From Bacteroidota bacterium (GTDB taxonomy: Bacteria; Bacteroidota; Bacteroidia; AKYH767-A; 2013-40CM-41-45): DNA of 64,000 bases. The stretch lies in contig JADJSV010000003.1 of assembly GCA_016711505.1 (NCBI GenBank), positions 133,165-197,164 on the forward strand, given 5' to 3'. The first letter of the stretch is position 1. Each line of letters starts with the position of its first letter. The position numbers and the translations under genes are program-made. The notes beneath the pieces are model-generated. The model saw only the letters and a program-made list of their open reading frames with translations, did not search any database and had not been told where the DNA came from. Shown here in pieces: positions 48,134 to 58,407 of the stretch.

Positions 48134-48994
48134 GTGAAAGAAATATTTAAACGATTTCTTCAGATACTGGTTTTCCGGAATTATTTTATTGCTATTTGTG
48201 CATCTGCAATGATATTTGCAACGGATGTTCTGAATAATAGTCCGGTCCGATTTACACACTACAATATTTTCATAACATGTACTACTTTTTTGTTGTACAA
48301 TTTCCACACTTACTCATTCAAACTTGACTATTCTAATTTTGGAAATCTCTATCATTCATATCTGAAATTGAAGATTTCTATTTCGGAACAAATTTTATTT
48401 ACCCTTATAACAATCATTGCTATTGTCAATGTTTTCTTTCTTTCTGAGAAAGTCGTTCTATGGCTATTTCCTTTTGGAGTACTGTCACTTTTATTTTCAA
48501 TTCCGTTGTGGGGAATCAAAAGAAAATTCAGGATAAGAGAATCTCTTTTTGTTAAAATGCCTTTGCTTGCAGCGGTCTGGTCGGTAACTACTGTCATTAT
48601 TCCGCTGGTTGACCAGAATATTGACCCTGCATCTCCGTTTGTAATTCAACAAACGGTCTGTCGTTTTATTTTTGTCTTTATCTTATATATTCCCTTTGAA
48701 ATAAGAGATATGGAAATTGATAAAAGTGAAAATATTAAAACAATTCCATCCGTTTTTGGTGTTGGAAAAACAAAAATATCAGGAGCACTTCTGGTCGCTC
48801 TCGAAATTATAATTCACCATTTAATGCCTGTCAGTACTCTTGCCATCTATGCCTTAGATCTGTCTTCGCTTATTGCTCTTGCATATATTTTTGTCAGAGT
48901 GCAGGACAGAGAAAGTTATTTCTACAAATTATTTGTAGACGGTACTATGATATTACGCTTTATTTTTCTTTATTTTGCTTATTCAATGATATGA
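48134..48994 (+). CDS. UbiA-family prenyltransferase-like membrane protein
   Basis: About 8 TM segments. The second Asp-rich motif is FEIRDMEIDKSENIKTIPSVFG, of the form DxExD...T.P...G. Confidence 0.45.
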   Translation: MKEIFKRFLQILVFRNYFIAICASAMIFATDVLNNSPVRFTHYNIFITCTTFLLYNFHTYSFKLDYSNFGNLYHSYLKLKISISEQILFTLITIIAIVNVFFLSEKVVLWLFPFGVLSLLFSIPLWGIKRKFRIRESLFVKMPLLAAVWSVTTVIIPLVDQNIDPASPFVIQQTVCRFIFVFILYIPFEIRDMEIDKSENIKTIPSVFGVGKTKISGALLVALEIIIHHLMPVSTLAIYALDLSSLIALAYIFVRVQDRESYFYKLFVDGTMILRFIFLYFAYSMI

Positions 48995-49416
48995 AAAATT
49001 ATAGCCACGAAACATTTGAGCATTTGGTTCTTCTCGTCAGAAAGGATGACGATATGGATCGTGAATGGTTGTTAAATAATGACCATCGGGAATTAGTAGA
49101 ATTCTGGGATGCAATTGATGGAATGGAAAATTCTTTTAAATGGTTGTTGAAAAATGATTTCAGACAACTTGCTGCAACAGTAGATGCATATAATGGAAAT
49201 GATAAAGCAAAACTTTTCCTGATAAAAAGTGGTAACAGAGAACTTGCTGCTTTTATATCTGCATGCGATGGCAATCAATCTGCAATCGCATATCTTTCAA
49301 AGACTGATCATAAAGGCTGGCTTCTACTTGCAAAAGAAATTTTTGACAAAGAAGCAAAGAAGGAAAAGAAAGGAATCTGGAGTACTCTGTTCAATTTAGG
49401 AAACCCGTTCCGTTGA
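48991..49416 (+). CDS. hypothetical protein with four tandem 20-aa repeats
   Basis: The repeats are LLNNDHRELVEFWDAIDG, LLKNDFRQLAATVDAYNG, LIKSGNRELAAFISACDG and LSKTDHKGWLLLAKEIFD. Confidence 0.5.
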   Translation: MKNYSHETFEHLVLLVRKDDDMDREWLLNNDHRELVEFWDAIDGMENSFKWLLKNDFRQLAATVDAYNGNDKAKLFLIKSGNRELAAFISACDGNQSAIAYLSKTDHKGWLLLAKEIFDKEAKKEKKGIWSTLFNLGNPFR

Positions 49417-50709
49417 TGTTGTAAAGATCTTTGTAAGTGAATTACAGATCTTTTTTGCTGCAGCATCTAAAATCTCTTCGCTATGTGCGGAGGAAACGAA
49501 TCCGACTTCATAGCCTGATGGCCCCAGATAAACTCCGCTTTCAAGAAGGTCACTGTGCATTTCACGGAAAAATTTCATGCTCTCACTTTCAATATCTGTG
49601 GAAGTCCGTACAAATTCTTTGTCTGTAAATGCAAACCAGAAAATTGAACCAATCCTGAAGATCTTAAACAAGTAATTATTTTTACTTGCAAAATCATTGA
49701 TAGATTGAACAAATTTTTCTGTTTTTGAATTCAGGTTTTTGTAGAAATCCGGTTGAAGACAGATTTTCAACTGAGCTATACCAGCATTCATTGCAACAGG
49801 ATTTCCTGAAAGTGTTCCTGCCTGATATACATTCCCATCGGGAGAAATATGTGACATGATTTCTTTACTTGCACCATAAGCACCAACAGGCATACCGCCG
49901 CCAATGATTTTTCCATAGGTGATAATGTCAGGCTGAATTCCATAATAACCCGCAGCACCTTCAAAACCAACTCTGAATCCGGAGATCACTTCGTCAAAGA
50001 TCAGAAGAATATCATTTTTCTTTGTAATGTCTCTGAGGAATTGAAGATATTCTTTGTCCTGTAAGATCAATCCATTGTTAGCAGGTATTGGTTCAATAAT
50101 AATAGCTGCTATATCTTCTTTGTAATCTGAAATTGCAATCTCCACTGCTCTGCGATCGTTCAAAGGCAAAACCATAGTGTCTTTAGAAACAGCTTCCGTT
50201 ACTCCGGCCGAAGATGAAATTCCAAAAGTAGAAAGTCCGCTGCCGGCATTCACCAAAAGTGAATCAACATGGCCATGATAACAGCCATCAAATTTTATTA
50301 TCACCGATTTACCTGTTACACCACGCGCTAATCTTAATGCAGACATTACAGCTTCTGTTCCTGACGATACGAAACGAATCTTTTCAATGAACCGGTTATT
50401 AGAAAGGATCAATTCCGCAAGTTCATTTTCTTTTCTGGTCGGAGCGCCGAATGTTGTTCCTGAACTTACTGCATCAATTATTGCCTCTCGTACAGCGGAG
50501 TTGTTATGACCGTTGATCAACGGGCCCCATGATCCGCAAAAATCAATGAACTTATTACCATCAGCATCCCAGATATGACATCCATCACCCTTTTCAATAA
50601 ACAGAGGTGTGCCGCCAACAGATCTAAATGCTCTGACAGGTGAATTTACTCCGCCGGGAAAATATTGTTTAGCCTTTTCGAAGAGGGATTCTGATTTTTC
50701 GCGTTTCAT
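49396..50709 (-). CDS. hemL: glutamate-1-semialdehyde 2,1-aminomutase
   Basis: FPGGVNSPVRAF..., FIDFCGSWGPLINGH, and ...GKIIGGGMPVGAYG are class III aminotransferase motifs. Confidence 0.9.
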   Translation of the reverse strand: MKREKSESLFEKAKQYFPGGVNSPVRAFRSVGGTPLFIEKGDGCHIWDADGNKFIDFCGSWGPLINGHNNSAVREAIIDAVSSGTTFGAPTRKENELAELILSNNRFIEKIRFVSSGTEAVMSALRLARGVTGKSVIIKFDGCYHGHVDSLLVNAGSGLSTFGISSSAGVTEAVSKDTMVLPLNDRRAVEIAISDYKEDIAAIIIEPIPANNGLILQDKEYLQFLRDITKKNDILLIFDEVISGFRVGFEGAAGYYGIQPDIITYGKIIGGGMPVGAYGASKEIMSHISPDGNVYQAGTLSGNPVAMNAGIAQLKICLQPDFYKNLNSKTEKFVQSINDFASKNNYLFKIFRIGSIFWFAFTDKEFVRTSTDIESESMKFFREMHSDLLESGVYLGPSGYEVGFVSSAHSEEILDAAAKKICNSLTKIFTTSTERVS

Positions 50710-50775
50710 AAGTTCATCTGTTTTATGGCACGAATTTAATCAGAAATCTGAACTTTTTATAGCATATTTGCACCC

Positions 50776-52065
50776 ATGTTTGAATTTAAAAACACCGCTG
50801 AATTTGCAGCATCAATGGATAAAAATGACCCATTGATTTCTTTTGCTGATGAATTCTATTTTCCAATCATGGATGGAAAGAAAGTTATCTATCTGACGGG
50901 GAATTCACTAGGCTTACAACCTAAATCTACGCAGGATTATGTGCTATCAGAATTGGAAGACTGGGCAACATTCGGAGTTGAAGGACATTTCCATGGAAGA
51001 AATCCATGGTATTCTTATCAGGAAATTCTGACAGATCAGTTGGCTACCTTATTAGGTGCATTGCCCGTTGAAGTTGTTGCCATGAATTCACTGACAACGA
51101 ATTTGCATTTGCTGATGGTCTCTTTTTACCGGCCAACTGCTTCACGTAATAAGATCATTTGTGAATATGATGCTTTTCCTTCCGACTTATATGCTGTTCA
51201 GTCGCAAGCCGCGTACCATGGATTTGATCCTGACAAAACAGTTGTCATGCTTAAAGCTCGTGAAGGCGAATATTTATTGCGAACAGAAGATATTATTTCT
51301 GCTATTGAAAAAGAAGGTGCATCACTTGCAACTGTGATGTTGGGCGCCGTTAATTATTATACCGGACAATTTCTGGATCTTAAACGGATTGCCGATGCTG
51401 CACACAAAGTTGGTGCGACTGTCGGTTTTAATCTTGCACATGCTACCGGAAATGTAATGCTGAAACTTCACGATTGGGATGTTGACTATGCATGTTTCTG
51501 CAGCTACAAGTATCTTAATGCCGGACCCGGAGGTGTATCAGGTATTTTTATTCACGAGAAATTTGCTGATGATAAAACTATTCCCCGGTTTGCAGGCTGG
51601 TGGGGAAATGATCCTGAAACGCGCTTCACCATTCCAAGAACATTTGTTCCTGCACGCGGTGCAAGAAGCTGGCAATTATCAAATGCACCCGTACTTCCTA
51701 TGGCTGCCCTCAAAGCCTCACTCGACATTTTCGAAGATGCCGGCTTCGATGAATTAAGAAAGAAGAGTGTTCAACTTACATCTTATCTTCAATTTGTTCT
51801 GGAAGAAGTAAACAAAAATTACAAATCGGCTTCCGGTAAGGATGCATTGAAAATAATTACTCCATCTTCTCCGGAAGAAAGAGGTTGCCAGATCTCAATT
51901 ATTATTAATGAAAATGGAAAAGAAGTTCACAGGAAATTAACAGATAATGGAGTGATCGTCGACTGGCGTGAGCCGGATGTGATCAGAGCGGCACCTGTTC
52001 CTCTTTACAATTCTTTCAGTGATGTGTTTGAGTTTGGAAAACAACTTGCCGATGCATTGCAATAA
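50776..52065 (+). CDS. kynU: kynureninase
   Basis: ...IYLTGNSLGLQP..., and the PLP lysine region ...YACFCSYKYLNAGPGGVSGIFIHE. Confidence 0.85.
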   Translation: MFEFKNTAEFAASMDKNDPLISFADEFYFPIMDGKKVIYLTGNSLGLQPKSTQDYVLSELEDWATFGVEGHFHGRNPWYSYQEILTDQLATLLGALPVEVVAMNSLTTNLHLLMVSFYRPTASRNKIICEYDAFPSDLYAVQSQAAYHGFDPDKTVVMLKAREGEYLLRTEDIISAIEKEGASLATVMLGAVNYYTGQFLDLKRIADAAHKVGATVGFNLAHATGNVMLKLHDWDVDYACFCSYKYLNAGPGGVSGIFIHEKFADDKTIPRFAGWWGNDPETRFTIPRTFVPARGARSWQLSNAPVLPMAALKASLDIFEDAGFDELRKKSVQLTSYLQFVLEEVNKNYKSASGKDALKIITPSSPEERGCQISIIINENGKEVHRKLTDNGVIVDWREPDVIRAAPVPLYNSFSDVFEFGKQLADALQ

Positions 52066-52089
52066 TTTCGCACACTTATATTTTAATCA

Positions 52090-53436
52090 ATGAGTACAGA
52101 AAATAAAAATATTACAATTCTTGGAGCAGGTTTAGTTGGCTCTCTCCTTTCAATTTACTTGTCTCGCCGTGGATATAACGTTTCTATCTATGAAAGAAGA
52201 GTTGATATGCGCAAAGCAACTATTGTGGCGGGAAGATCGATCAATCTTGCCTTATCAGACAGAGGCTGGCGTGGGTTAAAAGGTGTAGGAATTGAAGAAG
52301 CAATCCGTAAGGTTGCTATTCCAATGGATCGCCGTATCATGCATAATGTGAAAGGCGAATTGACATCACAACAATACGGTGAAAGCGGACAATCTATCTA
52401 TGCAACATCAAGAGGTGTTTTGAATTGTGTGATGATGGATGAAGCTGAAAAAAGCGGCGTGAAGATCCATTTCAATCATCGGTGTACAGGTATAGATATT
52501 GAAAATAATATTTCAAAGTTCGATTATAATGGAGTTGAAGTTGAAGTAAAAAGTCGACTGATATTCAGTGCTGACGGAGCCTTTTCTGCAGGTCGTTTGC
52601 AAATGCAGTTAAGCACCGATCGTTTTGAATATTCTCAGAATTATCTTAAGCACGGCTATAAAGAATTACTGATTCCCGCAGGTGATGGAGAGAAATTTCT
52701 CATGGAAAAAAATGCTTTGCACATCTGGCCTCGCGGAGGTTATATGTTGATTGCCTTGCCAAATCTGGATGGAAGTTTTACATGTACATTGTTCTTCCCA
52801 TTTGAAGGAACGGATTCCTTTGCTTCAATAAAAAGTGAAAGTGACTGTGAAGAATTCTTCAACCGGGTCTTTCCTGATGCCATTAAATTAATGCCTGATG
52901 TTGCTAAACAATTTTTTCATAATCCTACCGGTTCACTTGTTACAGTAAAATGTTTTCCCTGGACTGTGAAAGATAAACTTTGTCTGATCGGTGATGCAGC
53001 TCATGCTATCGTTCCGTTTTATGGACAAGGGATGAATTGTGGCTTTGAGGATTGTACTGTGCTTGATCAACTGATGGAAAAGCATGGTGATAACTGGGAA
53101 AAAATATTGAATGAATTTCAGGAATCAAGAAAACCTAATTCAGATGCAATAGCAGAATTGGCGGTAATGAACTTTGTTGAAATGAGAGATCTTGTAGGAA
53201 GCAAAGAATTTTTGCTTCGCAAGAAAATAGAAGCAAGGATCCATGATAAATTTCCGGATAAATGGCTGCCACTTTATTCGCAGGTAACATTCAGTGACAT
53301 ACCATATTCTGTTGCTCTTGCAAATGGAAAAAAGCAGGATGAGATTATGCGTAAGGTGATGAATCTTTCAGGTATTGAAGAAAAATGGGATAGTTCAGAA
53401 GTTGAGACAATGATCCTTGGAGCTATAAATTCATAA
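52090..53436 (+). CDS. kmo: kynurenine 3-monooxygenase (FAD-dependent)
   Basis: N-terminal Rossmann ITILGAGLVGSLLSIYLSRRGYNVSIYERR. C-terminal ...LIGDAAHAIVPFYGQGMNCGFEDC. Confidence 0.85.
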   Translation: MSTENKNITILGAGLVGSLLSIYLSRRGYNVSIYERRVDMRKATIVAGRSINLALSDRGWRGLKGVGIEEAIRKVAIPMDRRIMHNVKGELTSQQYGESGQSIYATSRGVLNCVMMDEAEKSGVKIHFNHRCTGIDIENNISKFDYNGVEVEVKSRLIFSADGAFSAGRLQMQLSTDRFEYSQNYLKHGYKELLIPAGDGEKFLMEKNALHIWPRGGYMLIALPNLDGSFTCTLFFPFEGTDSFASIKSESDCEEFFNRVFPDAIKLMPDVAKQFFHNPTGSLVTVKCFPWTVKDKLCLIGDAAHAIVPFYGQGMNCGFEDCTVLDQLMEKHGDNWEKILNEFQESRKPNSDAIAELAVMNFVEMRDLVGSKEFLLRKKIEARIHDKFPDKWLPLYSQVTFSDIPYSVALANGKKQDEIMRKVMNLSGIEEKWDSSEVETMILGAINS

Positions 53437-53451
53437 CCAGAAAATTTATTT

Positions 53452-54102
53452 GTGAATATTTCAGCTCAACAACCTACAGCTACACAGGCATGGAAAGGTG
53501 CAATGAACAATCGGCAGTTCAGATGGCAGTTCATTATTACATTGCTTGTGCTTTCTACGTTTACTTTTATTTTTAAACACTTCTTCGACTACATCGAAAG
53601 TCGTACAGGCACCCAGCTGGGAGATTTTTTACTTGACAATATTCCTGCTTACAATGTTTCCTGGGGTGTATTCTTTATTCTCTATTCTGCAATTGTTATA
53701 GGTATGTACACGCATCGTGCACATCCCAAAACAGTCCTGATAATTTTACAAACCTATATAATTGTCACATTCGTTAGAATGGTGACGATCACATTGCTCC
53801 CATTGGAACCTCCTGTTGGATATTTACCATTAAGAGAACCGGTAGTACAGTTTTTTACAAACGGCGGTAAAATAATATCCAAAGATCTTTTCTTTTCCGG
53901 ACACGTTTCTACTGTGCTTTCTGTTTACCTGGGCACACATTTACCAAAAACAAAATCAGTTCTCTTTGTTTGTGTTGTTGCAATGTGTGTATTGTTATTG
54001 GTGCAACACGTTCATTATACAGTTGATGTTATAGCGGCACTTCCGGCGACGTGGTTGGTTTATAAATTTTGCAAGAAGTTCCTTGTCGGAAGCATAAAAT
54101 AA
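53452..54102 (+). CDS. PAP2-superfamily (sphingomyelin-synthase-like) membrane protein
   Basis: Six TM segments. Phosphatase-like motifs FSGHVS and HYTVDV. Confidence 0.5.
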   Translation: MNISAQQPTATQAWKGAMNNRQFRWQFIITLLVLSTFTFIFKHFFDYIESRTGTQLGDFLLDNIPAYNVSWGVFFILYSAIVIGMYTHRAHPKTVLIILQTYIIVTFVRMVTITLLPLEPPVGYLPLREPVVQFFTNGGKIISKDLFFSGHVSTVLSVYLGTHLPKTKSVLFVCVVAMCVLLLVQHVHYTVDVIAALPATWLVYKFCKKFLVGSIK

Positions 54103-54110
54103 CGAATAAT

Positions 54111-54227
54111 TTATTTCACTTTATTTCACTTCATTCCACTTCATTCCACTTCATTCCACTTCATTCTACTTCATTCTACTTCTTTCCATTTCATTCTACT
54201 TCATTCCCCTTCATTCCCTTCATTTTT
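54111..54227. repeat. 10-bp tandem repeat (minisatellite) of about 11.5 units, consensus TCATTCCACT
   Basis: ttatttcact x2, tcattccact x3, tcattctact x2, tctttccatt, tcattctact, tcattcccct, tcattccctt. It fills the spacer between the convergent genes. Confidence 0.85.
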
Positions 54228-54229
54228 CA

Positions 54230-54871
54230 CTATTCGCTAACAAAAGGATTCCCTCTTTTCTCCCTGCCAATCGTCGTTGTAGGTCCATGGCCGGAAAAAA
54301 CAATTACATTGTCGGGGAGTGTATATAATTTTGTCCGGATACTTTTCTCAAGTATTTCAAAATTACCTCCGGGTAGATCTGTTCGCCCTATACTTCCATT
54401 AAAAAGGACATCTCCAGCTAGTAATTGTCCGGATGAGCGGTGAAAATAAGATAGACTTCCTGGACTATGACCAGGAGTAAACAAGACTTCCAGTTCTATG
54501 CTTCCGAATTTGAATACGTCGCCATCTTCTAAAAATTCTGTAGGGTCTGGTGAAGGCTCTACCTGCACGCCCCACATTTGTCCATAAACACCGGCTGATT
54601 TCAGCAATTCAATTTCAATTGCATTCATTACTATTGGTAAATTATATTTTCCTGCTAAAAAATTGATACCCAAAACGTGGTCAATATGCGCATGTGTAAG
54701 TAAGATCTTTACCGGTTTCAGTTTGTTAGATTCAATAAAGTTGGCTAATTCTGATTTTTCTTCCGGAGTATAACAACCGGGATCTACGATCACGCATTGG
54801 TTTGTTTCGTCGCTCAGGACATATGTATTTTCCTGAAAAGGATTGAAAGTAAAGCTGTTTATTTTAAGCAT
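54230..54871 (-). CDS. MBL-fold metallo-hydrolase (glyoxalase II-like)
   Basis: Metal-binding motif THAHIDHVLG, later ...GHSPGS.. and ..D..F.GS.GR.D. Confidence 0.8.
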   Translation of the reverse strand: MLKINSFTFNPFQENTYVLSDETNQCVIVDPGCYTPEEKSELANFIESNKLKPVKILLTHAHIDHVLGINFLAGKYNLPIVMNAIEIELLKSAGVYGQMWGVQVEPSPDPTEFLEDGDVFKFGSIELEVLFTPGHSPGSLSYFHRSSGQLLAGDVLFNGSIGRTDLPGGNFEILEKSIRTKLYTLPDNVIVFSGHGPTTTIGREKRGNPFVSE

Positions 54872-55056
54872 TGTTAAAGTTGTCTTTTTTGGTCATGGAA
54901 GTGCAAAGAAACGGTTTTCCGGGGACTATTTATTGGGCAAATTTAGCTACATTCGCAGTATGTGAACATGTAGTCGGAGATTGTATCAGGAGTTTTCTTT
55001 CCGTACCTTCCTGTTCTGAATTGAAAACCATTTCTTCTCCCAGGGAATCGATTTTT

Positions 55057-58000
55057 ATGAAAAAACAATTTTGCATTCTTATTATACTTTTTATTCTTAC
55101 AAGCATTTTGCCTGAAAGGATTGTTGCACAGTTTTACAATGGATATTCTATGCAATTCGGAAAGAATCGTGTTCAATATGAAGAACGCTTCTGGTCATTC
55201 ATGCGTTTTAAAAATTATGATACGTATTACTATCTCGGTGGATTGGAACTTGCTACTTTTACCGGAAGAACTGCACAGAAGGATCTTGAAGAAATCGAAA
55301 AACTGTTTGATTACAAACTCGATGGAAGAATTCAGTTTGTAATTTATAATAAACTTGGCGATGCTAAGCAATCGAACATTGGATTAGAAACGGAAGAAAT
55401 TGGTTCTAACAATACCGGAGGAATTACACGTATTGTTGGCAATAAGGTTTTTTTATATTTTACAGGTGATCACATTGCATTCCATAAACAGATCCGTGGT
55501 GGAATTGCGCGGGTACTTATCGATCAGATAATGTATGGTGGTGATATAAAAGACAGGTTGCAGAATTCTGCTTTACTCTCTTTGCCTGACTGGTATATCA
55601 ACGGTCTGGTATCTTATGTCTCTTCGCCGTGGAATACAGAAATTGATAATCGTGTTCGTGATGGAGTTAATTCAAAAAAATATTTGAAGTTCAATCACCT
55701 TACAGGTATCGATGCTGTTTATGCCGGACATTCTATCTGGAAATTTATCATCGATACATACAGTGAATCATCGGTTGCAAATCTGCTTTATATGACCCGC
55801 GTAAACCGGAACATTGAAAGCGGACTGATGTATGTGCTCGGTCAGAATATAAAGGAGTTGTCTTTCAACTGGCGCGAATCAATGAAGTCAAGATATCTTA
55901 ATTCTGATTCTAAGCGTGATTCAATCGAAAGTAAAAACATCCTGAAGCGTTCAAAACCGGAAACACTTTATTCGCAATTGAAAACGAGTGCTGACGGACG
56001 TTACAGTATTTATGTTGCAAATAATCTTGGAAAGTATAAGGTCTATCTCTACGATCACGAAAAGAAAAGCCGTAAACGGATTCAGAAAAGTGGTTACCGA
56101 AGCTATGCACACGAAACTGATATTTCGTTTCCTGTGCTCGCATGGCATCCAACCGGACAACTATTTGCAATCATTCGTGAAAGAAAAGGTAAGTTGGTAA
56201 TGGGCACTTATACCTTGTCAAATAAAGAGTATGTCGAAAGCCCATTATTTAATTTTGAAAAAGTACTGAATTTCAGTTATGCTGACGATGGTCAGTCGAT
56301 TGTAATGTCTGCAATACAGAAAGGACAAAGCGATATCTTCGTTTATAATCTTCGCACACGCGTAGCTGAACAGATCACCAAAGATTTCTTCGATGATCTT
56401 GATCCGCATTTCATAGATAAGTCTCGTGCAATTGTATTTTCTTCTAACCGTGTAAATGATACTCTTGGAGTAGATAAGAGTACACTTATGCCGGAGAATT
56501 CGAATTATGACATTTTCTATTACGATTACAGAGGCCAGTCGGCAATTCTTCGCAGGATTACAAGCACAATGCATTCAAATGAATTGCAGCCAATGCAGTT
56601 TGATTCATCTGCAATAAGTTATCTGAGTGATGAAAACGGAATAGTGAACAGGTACATTGCGCATCTTGACAGTGCTTTGAGTTATGTTGATACAACTGAG
56701 CATTACCGGATGATAGTTGATAATGCACCTTTGACTAACTATGCTAGAAATATCATTTCATATAACGTCAACCATAATTATGATCGCGTAAGTGAAATTG
56801 TTTTTAGAAATGGAAAATATCAATTGTATGTTGGCCAGCCAAAAACAAATCTTCATACCGACAATCCACTTCCTAAAACATTGTTCAAGAATGAACAGGA
56901 ACGTGCTCTGAATGCACCGCCGCCTGCTCCGACTAAACCTAATGTTACGACAATTGAAATAACAGATAATAATGGAAACACCACTGTTATCCCTGCAGAT
57001 TCAAATGTTGTAAATATTGATAATTATGTTTTCCAGTCTGATTTTCCAAAATCGAAAAAGAAGGACAAGAAAAAAGATTCACCACCTCAATCATCATTTA
57101 TTGTCCCGCAGGATTCAGTGGTTATAAAAATTGAAGAAGCAAAGAAGGACTCACTAGGTTTTCAGTTGCCAAAACAAAGAAATTATGAAACAGCATTTTC
57201 ATCTACATACTTTGTAAGTCAGCTTGATAATTCATTGCTTAATCAAAGTTATCAGATCTTTAATGGTGGAAGTGCAATCTATTATAATCCGGGACTGAAT
57301 GGTTTCTTTAAACTTGGAATAAGTGATCTTCTTGAAGATTACCGGATCACAGGCGGATTCAAACTTGCTGCTGATCTCAATAGCAATGAATATTTTCTGA
57401 GCTATGAGTATCTGAAGAAAAGAATGGACAGACAACTTACATTCTACAGACAGGCAACATTACTTCCTGAATATGGTGCAAAGCAATTCTCGCATGAGTT
57501 AAGATATGCAAGCAAATATCCTTTTAGTGATGTGTCGTCTCTCCGTGGTTCTATCGCATACAGAAATGATAAGATCGTAACTCTTTCATTGAATCAACCA
57601 TCTTTAGAATCGCCGGATGTTCTTTTGCATTGGGCAACAGCTCGCCTGGAATATGTTTTGGATAATACCATTAACATGGGATTGAACCTTTATAATGGTA
57701 CACGCTTCAAGATCTTTGGTGAGTATTATAAACAGGTTGACAGAAAAGAATCAGGAATGGTCATCGTAGGTGCAGACTTCAGACATTATCTGAAAATTCA
57801 CCGTGAATTGATCTGGGCAAATCGTATAGCAACAAGTACATCTTTCGGAAAGGAAAAACTGATCTATTATCTGGGCGGTACAGATAACTGGATCTCACCG
57901 GGATTCAATTATGAAACTCAGATAGACTATTCACAAAATTATTATTTCCAGGCTCTGGCTTCCAACTTAAGAGGCTTTGACCAGAATATCAGAAACGGAA

Positions 58001-58359
58001 ATACATTTGCATTGATCAACAGTGAAATCCGTTGGCCCGTTTTTAAATATTTGCTCAATCGACCAATTAAATCTGACTTCGTAAGAAACTTTCAGATCAT
58101 CGGTTTTGGCGATATCGGAACTGCATGGAATGGGCTTTCACCATATGATTCAACCAATGTCTTTAATCGTACTGTAATTTCTAATACTCCATTTGTTGTA
58201 ACAGTTGTTAAGCAGAATGAACCTATCGTTGGCGGATATGGATTTGGATTACGGACAAGACTTCTAGGCTACTTTATACGTGCCGACTGGGCCTGGGGAA
58301 TTGAAAACAGAGATCTGCAGCCGTATAAATTTTATTTTTCGTTTGGGCTGGATTTTTAA
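55057..58359 (+). CDS. large outer-membrane protein with PD40/TolB-like beta-propeller repeats and an Omp85-like C-terminal barrel (tentative)
   Basis: Signal peptide MKKQFCILIILFIL. PD40-like units (DGRYSIYVANNLGKYKVYLYD, DGQSIVMSAIQKGQSDIFVYNL). C-terminus GYGFGLRTRLLGYFIRADWAWG...FYFSFGLDF ends in Phe, as OM barrels do. Confidence 0.5.
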   Translation: MKKQFCILIILFILTSILPERIVAQFYNGYSMQFGKNRVQYEERFWSFMRFKNYDTYYYLGGLELATFTGRTAQKDLEEIEKLFDYKLDGRIQFVIYNKLGDAKQSNIGLETEEIGSNNTGGITRIVGNKVFLYFTGDHIAFHKQIRGGIARVLIDQIMYGGDIKDRLQNSALLSLPDWYINGLVSYVSSPWNTEIDNRVRDGVNSKKYLKFNHLTGIDAVYAGHSIWKFIIDTYSESSVANLLYMTRVNRNIESGLMYVLGQNIKELSFNWRESMKSRYLNSDSKRDSIESKNILKRSKPETLYSQLKTSADGRYSIYVANNLGKYKVYLYDHEKKSRKRIQKSGYRSYAHETDISFPVLAWHPTGQLFAIIRERKGKLVMGTYTLSNKEYVESPLFNFEKVLNFSYADDGQSIVMSAIQKGQSDIFVYNLRTRVAEQITKDFFDDLDPHFIDKSRAIVFSSNRVNDTLGVDKSTLMPENSNYDIFYYDYRGQSAILRRITSTMHSNELQPMQFDSSAISYLSDENGIVNRYIAHLDSALSYVDTTEHYRMIVDNAPLTNYARNIISYNVNHNYDRVSEIVFRNGKYQLYVGQPKTNLHTDNPLPKTLFKNEQERALNAPPPAPTKPNVTTIEITDNNGNTTVIPADSNVVNIDNYVFQSDFPKSKKKDKKKDSPPQSSFIVPQDSVVIKIEEAKKDSLGFQLPKQRNYETAFSSTYFVSQLDNSLLNQSYQIFNGGSAIYYNPGLNGFFKLGISDLLEDYRITGGFKLAADLNSNEYFLSYEYLKKRMDRQLTFYRQATLLPEYGAKQFSHELRYASKYPFSDVSSLRGSIAYRNDKIVTLSLNQPSLESPDVLLHWATARLEYVLDNTINMGLNLYNGTRFKIFGEYYKQVDRKESGMVIVGADFRHYLKIHRELIWANRIATSTSFGKEKLIYYLGGTDNWISPGFNYETQIDYSQNYYFQALASNLRGFDQNIRNGNTFALINSEIRWPVFKYLLNRPIKSDFVRNFQIIGFGDIGTAWNGLSPYDSTNVFNRTVISNTPFVVTVVKQNEPIVGGYGFGLRTRLLGYFIRADWAWGIENRDLQPYKFYFSFGLDF

Positions 58360-58407
58360 TTATTATTAAAACGCACCCGAACGGAAAAATAAAAAAAGAT
58401 ATTCCTT

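Noticed and set aside
54111-54227. CRISPR array
   Set aside because: The repeats are 10 bp and directly abutting, with no spacers. No cas genes are nearby.
54069-54443. 124-aa ORF on the + strand (ISLHSTSFHFIPLHSTSF...)
   Set aside because: It is just the translation of the 10-bp tandem repeat and the antisense of the MBL-hydrolase gene. The repetitive peptide is an artefact of the DNA repeat.
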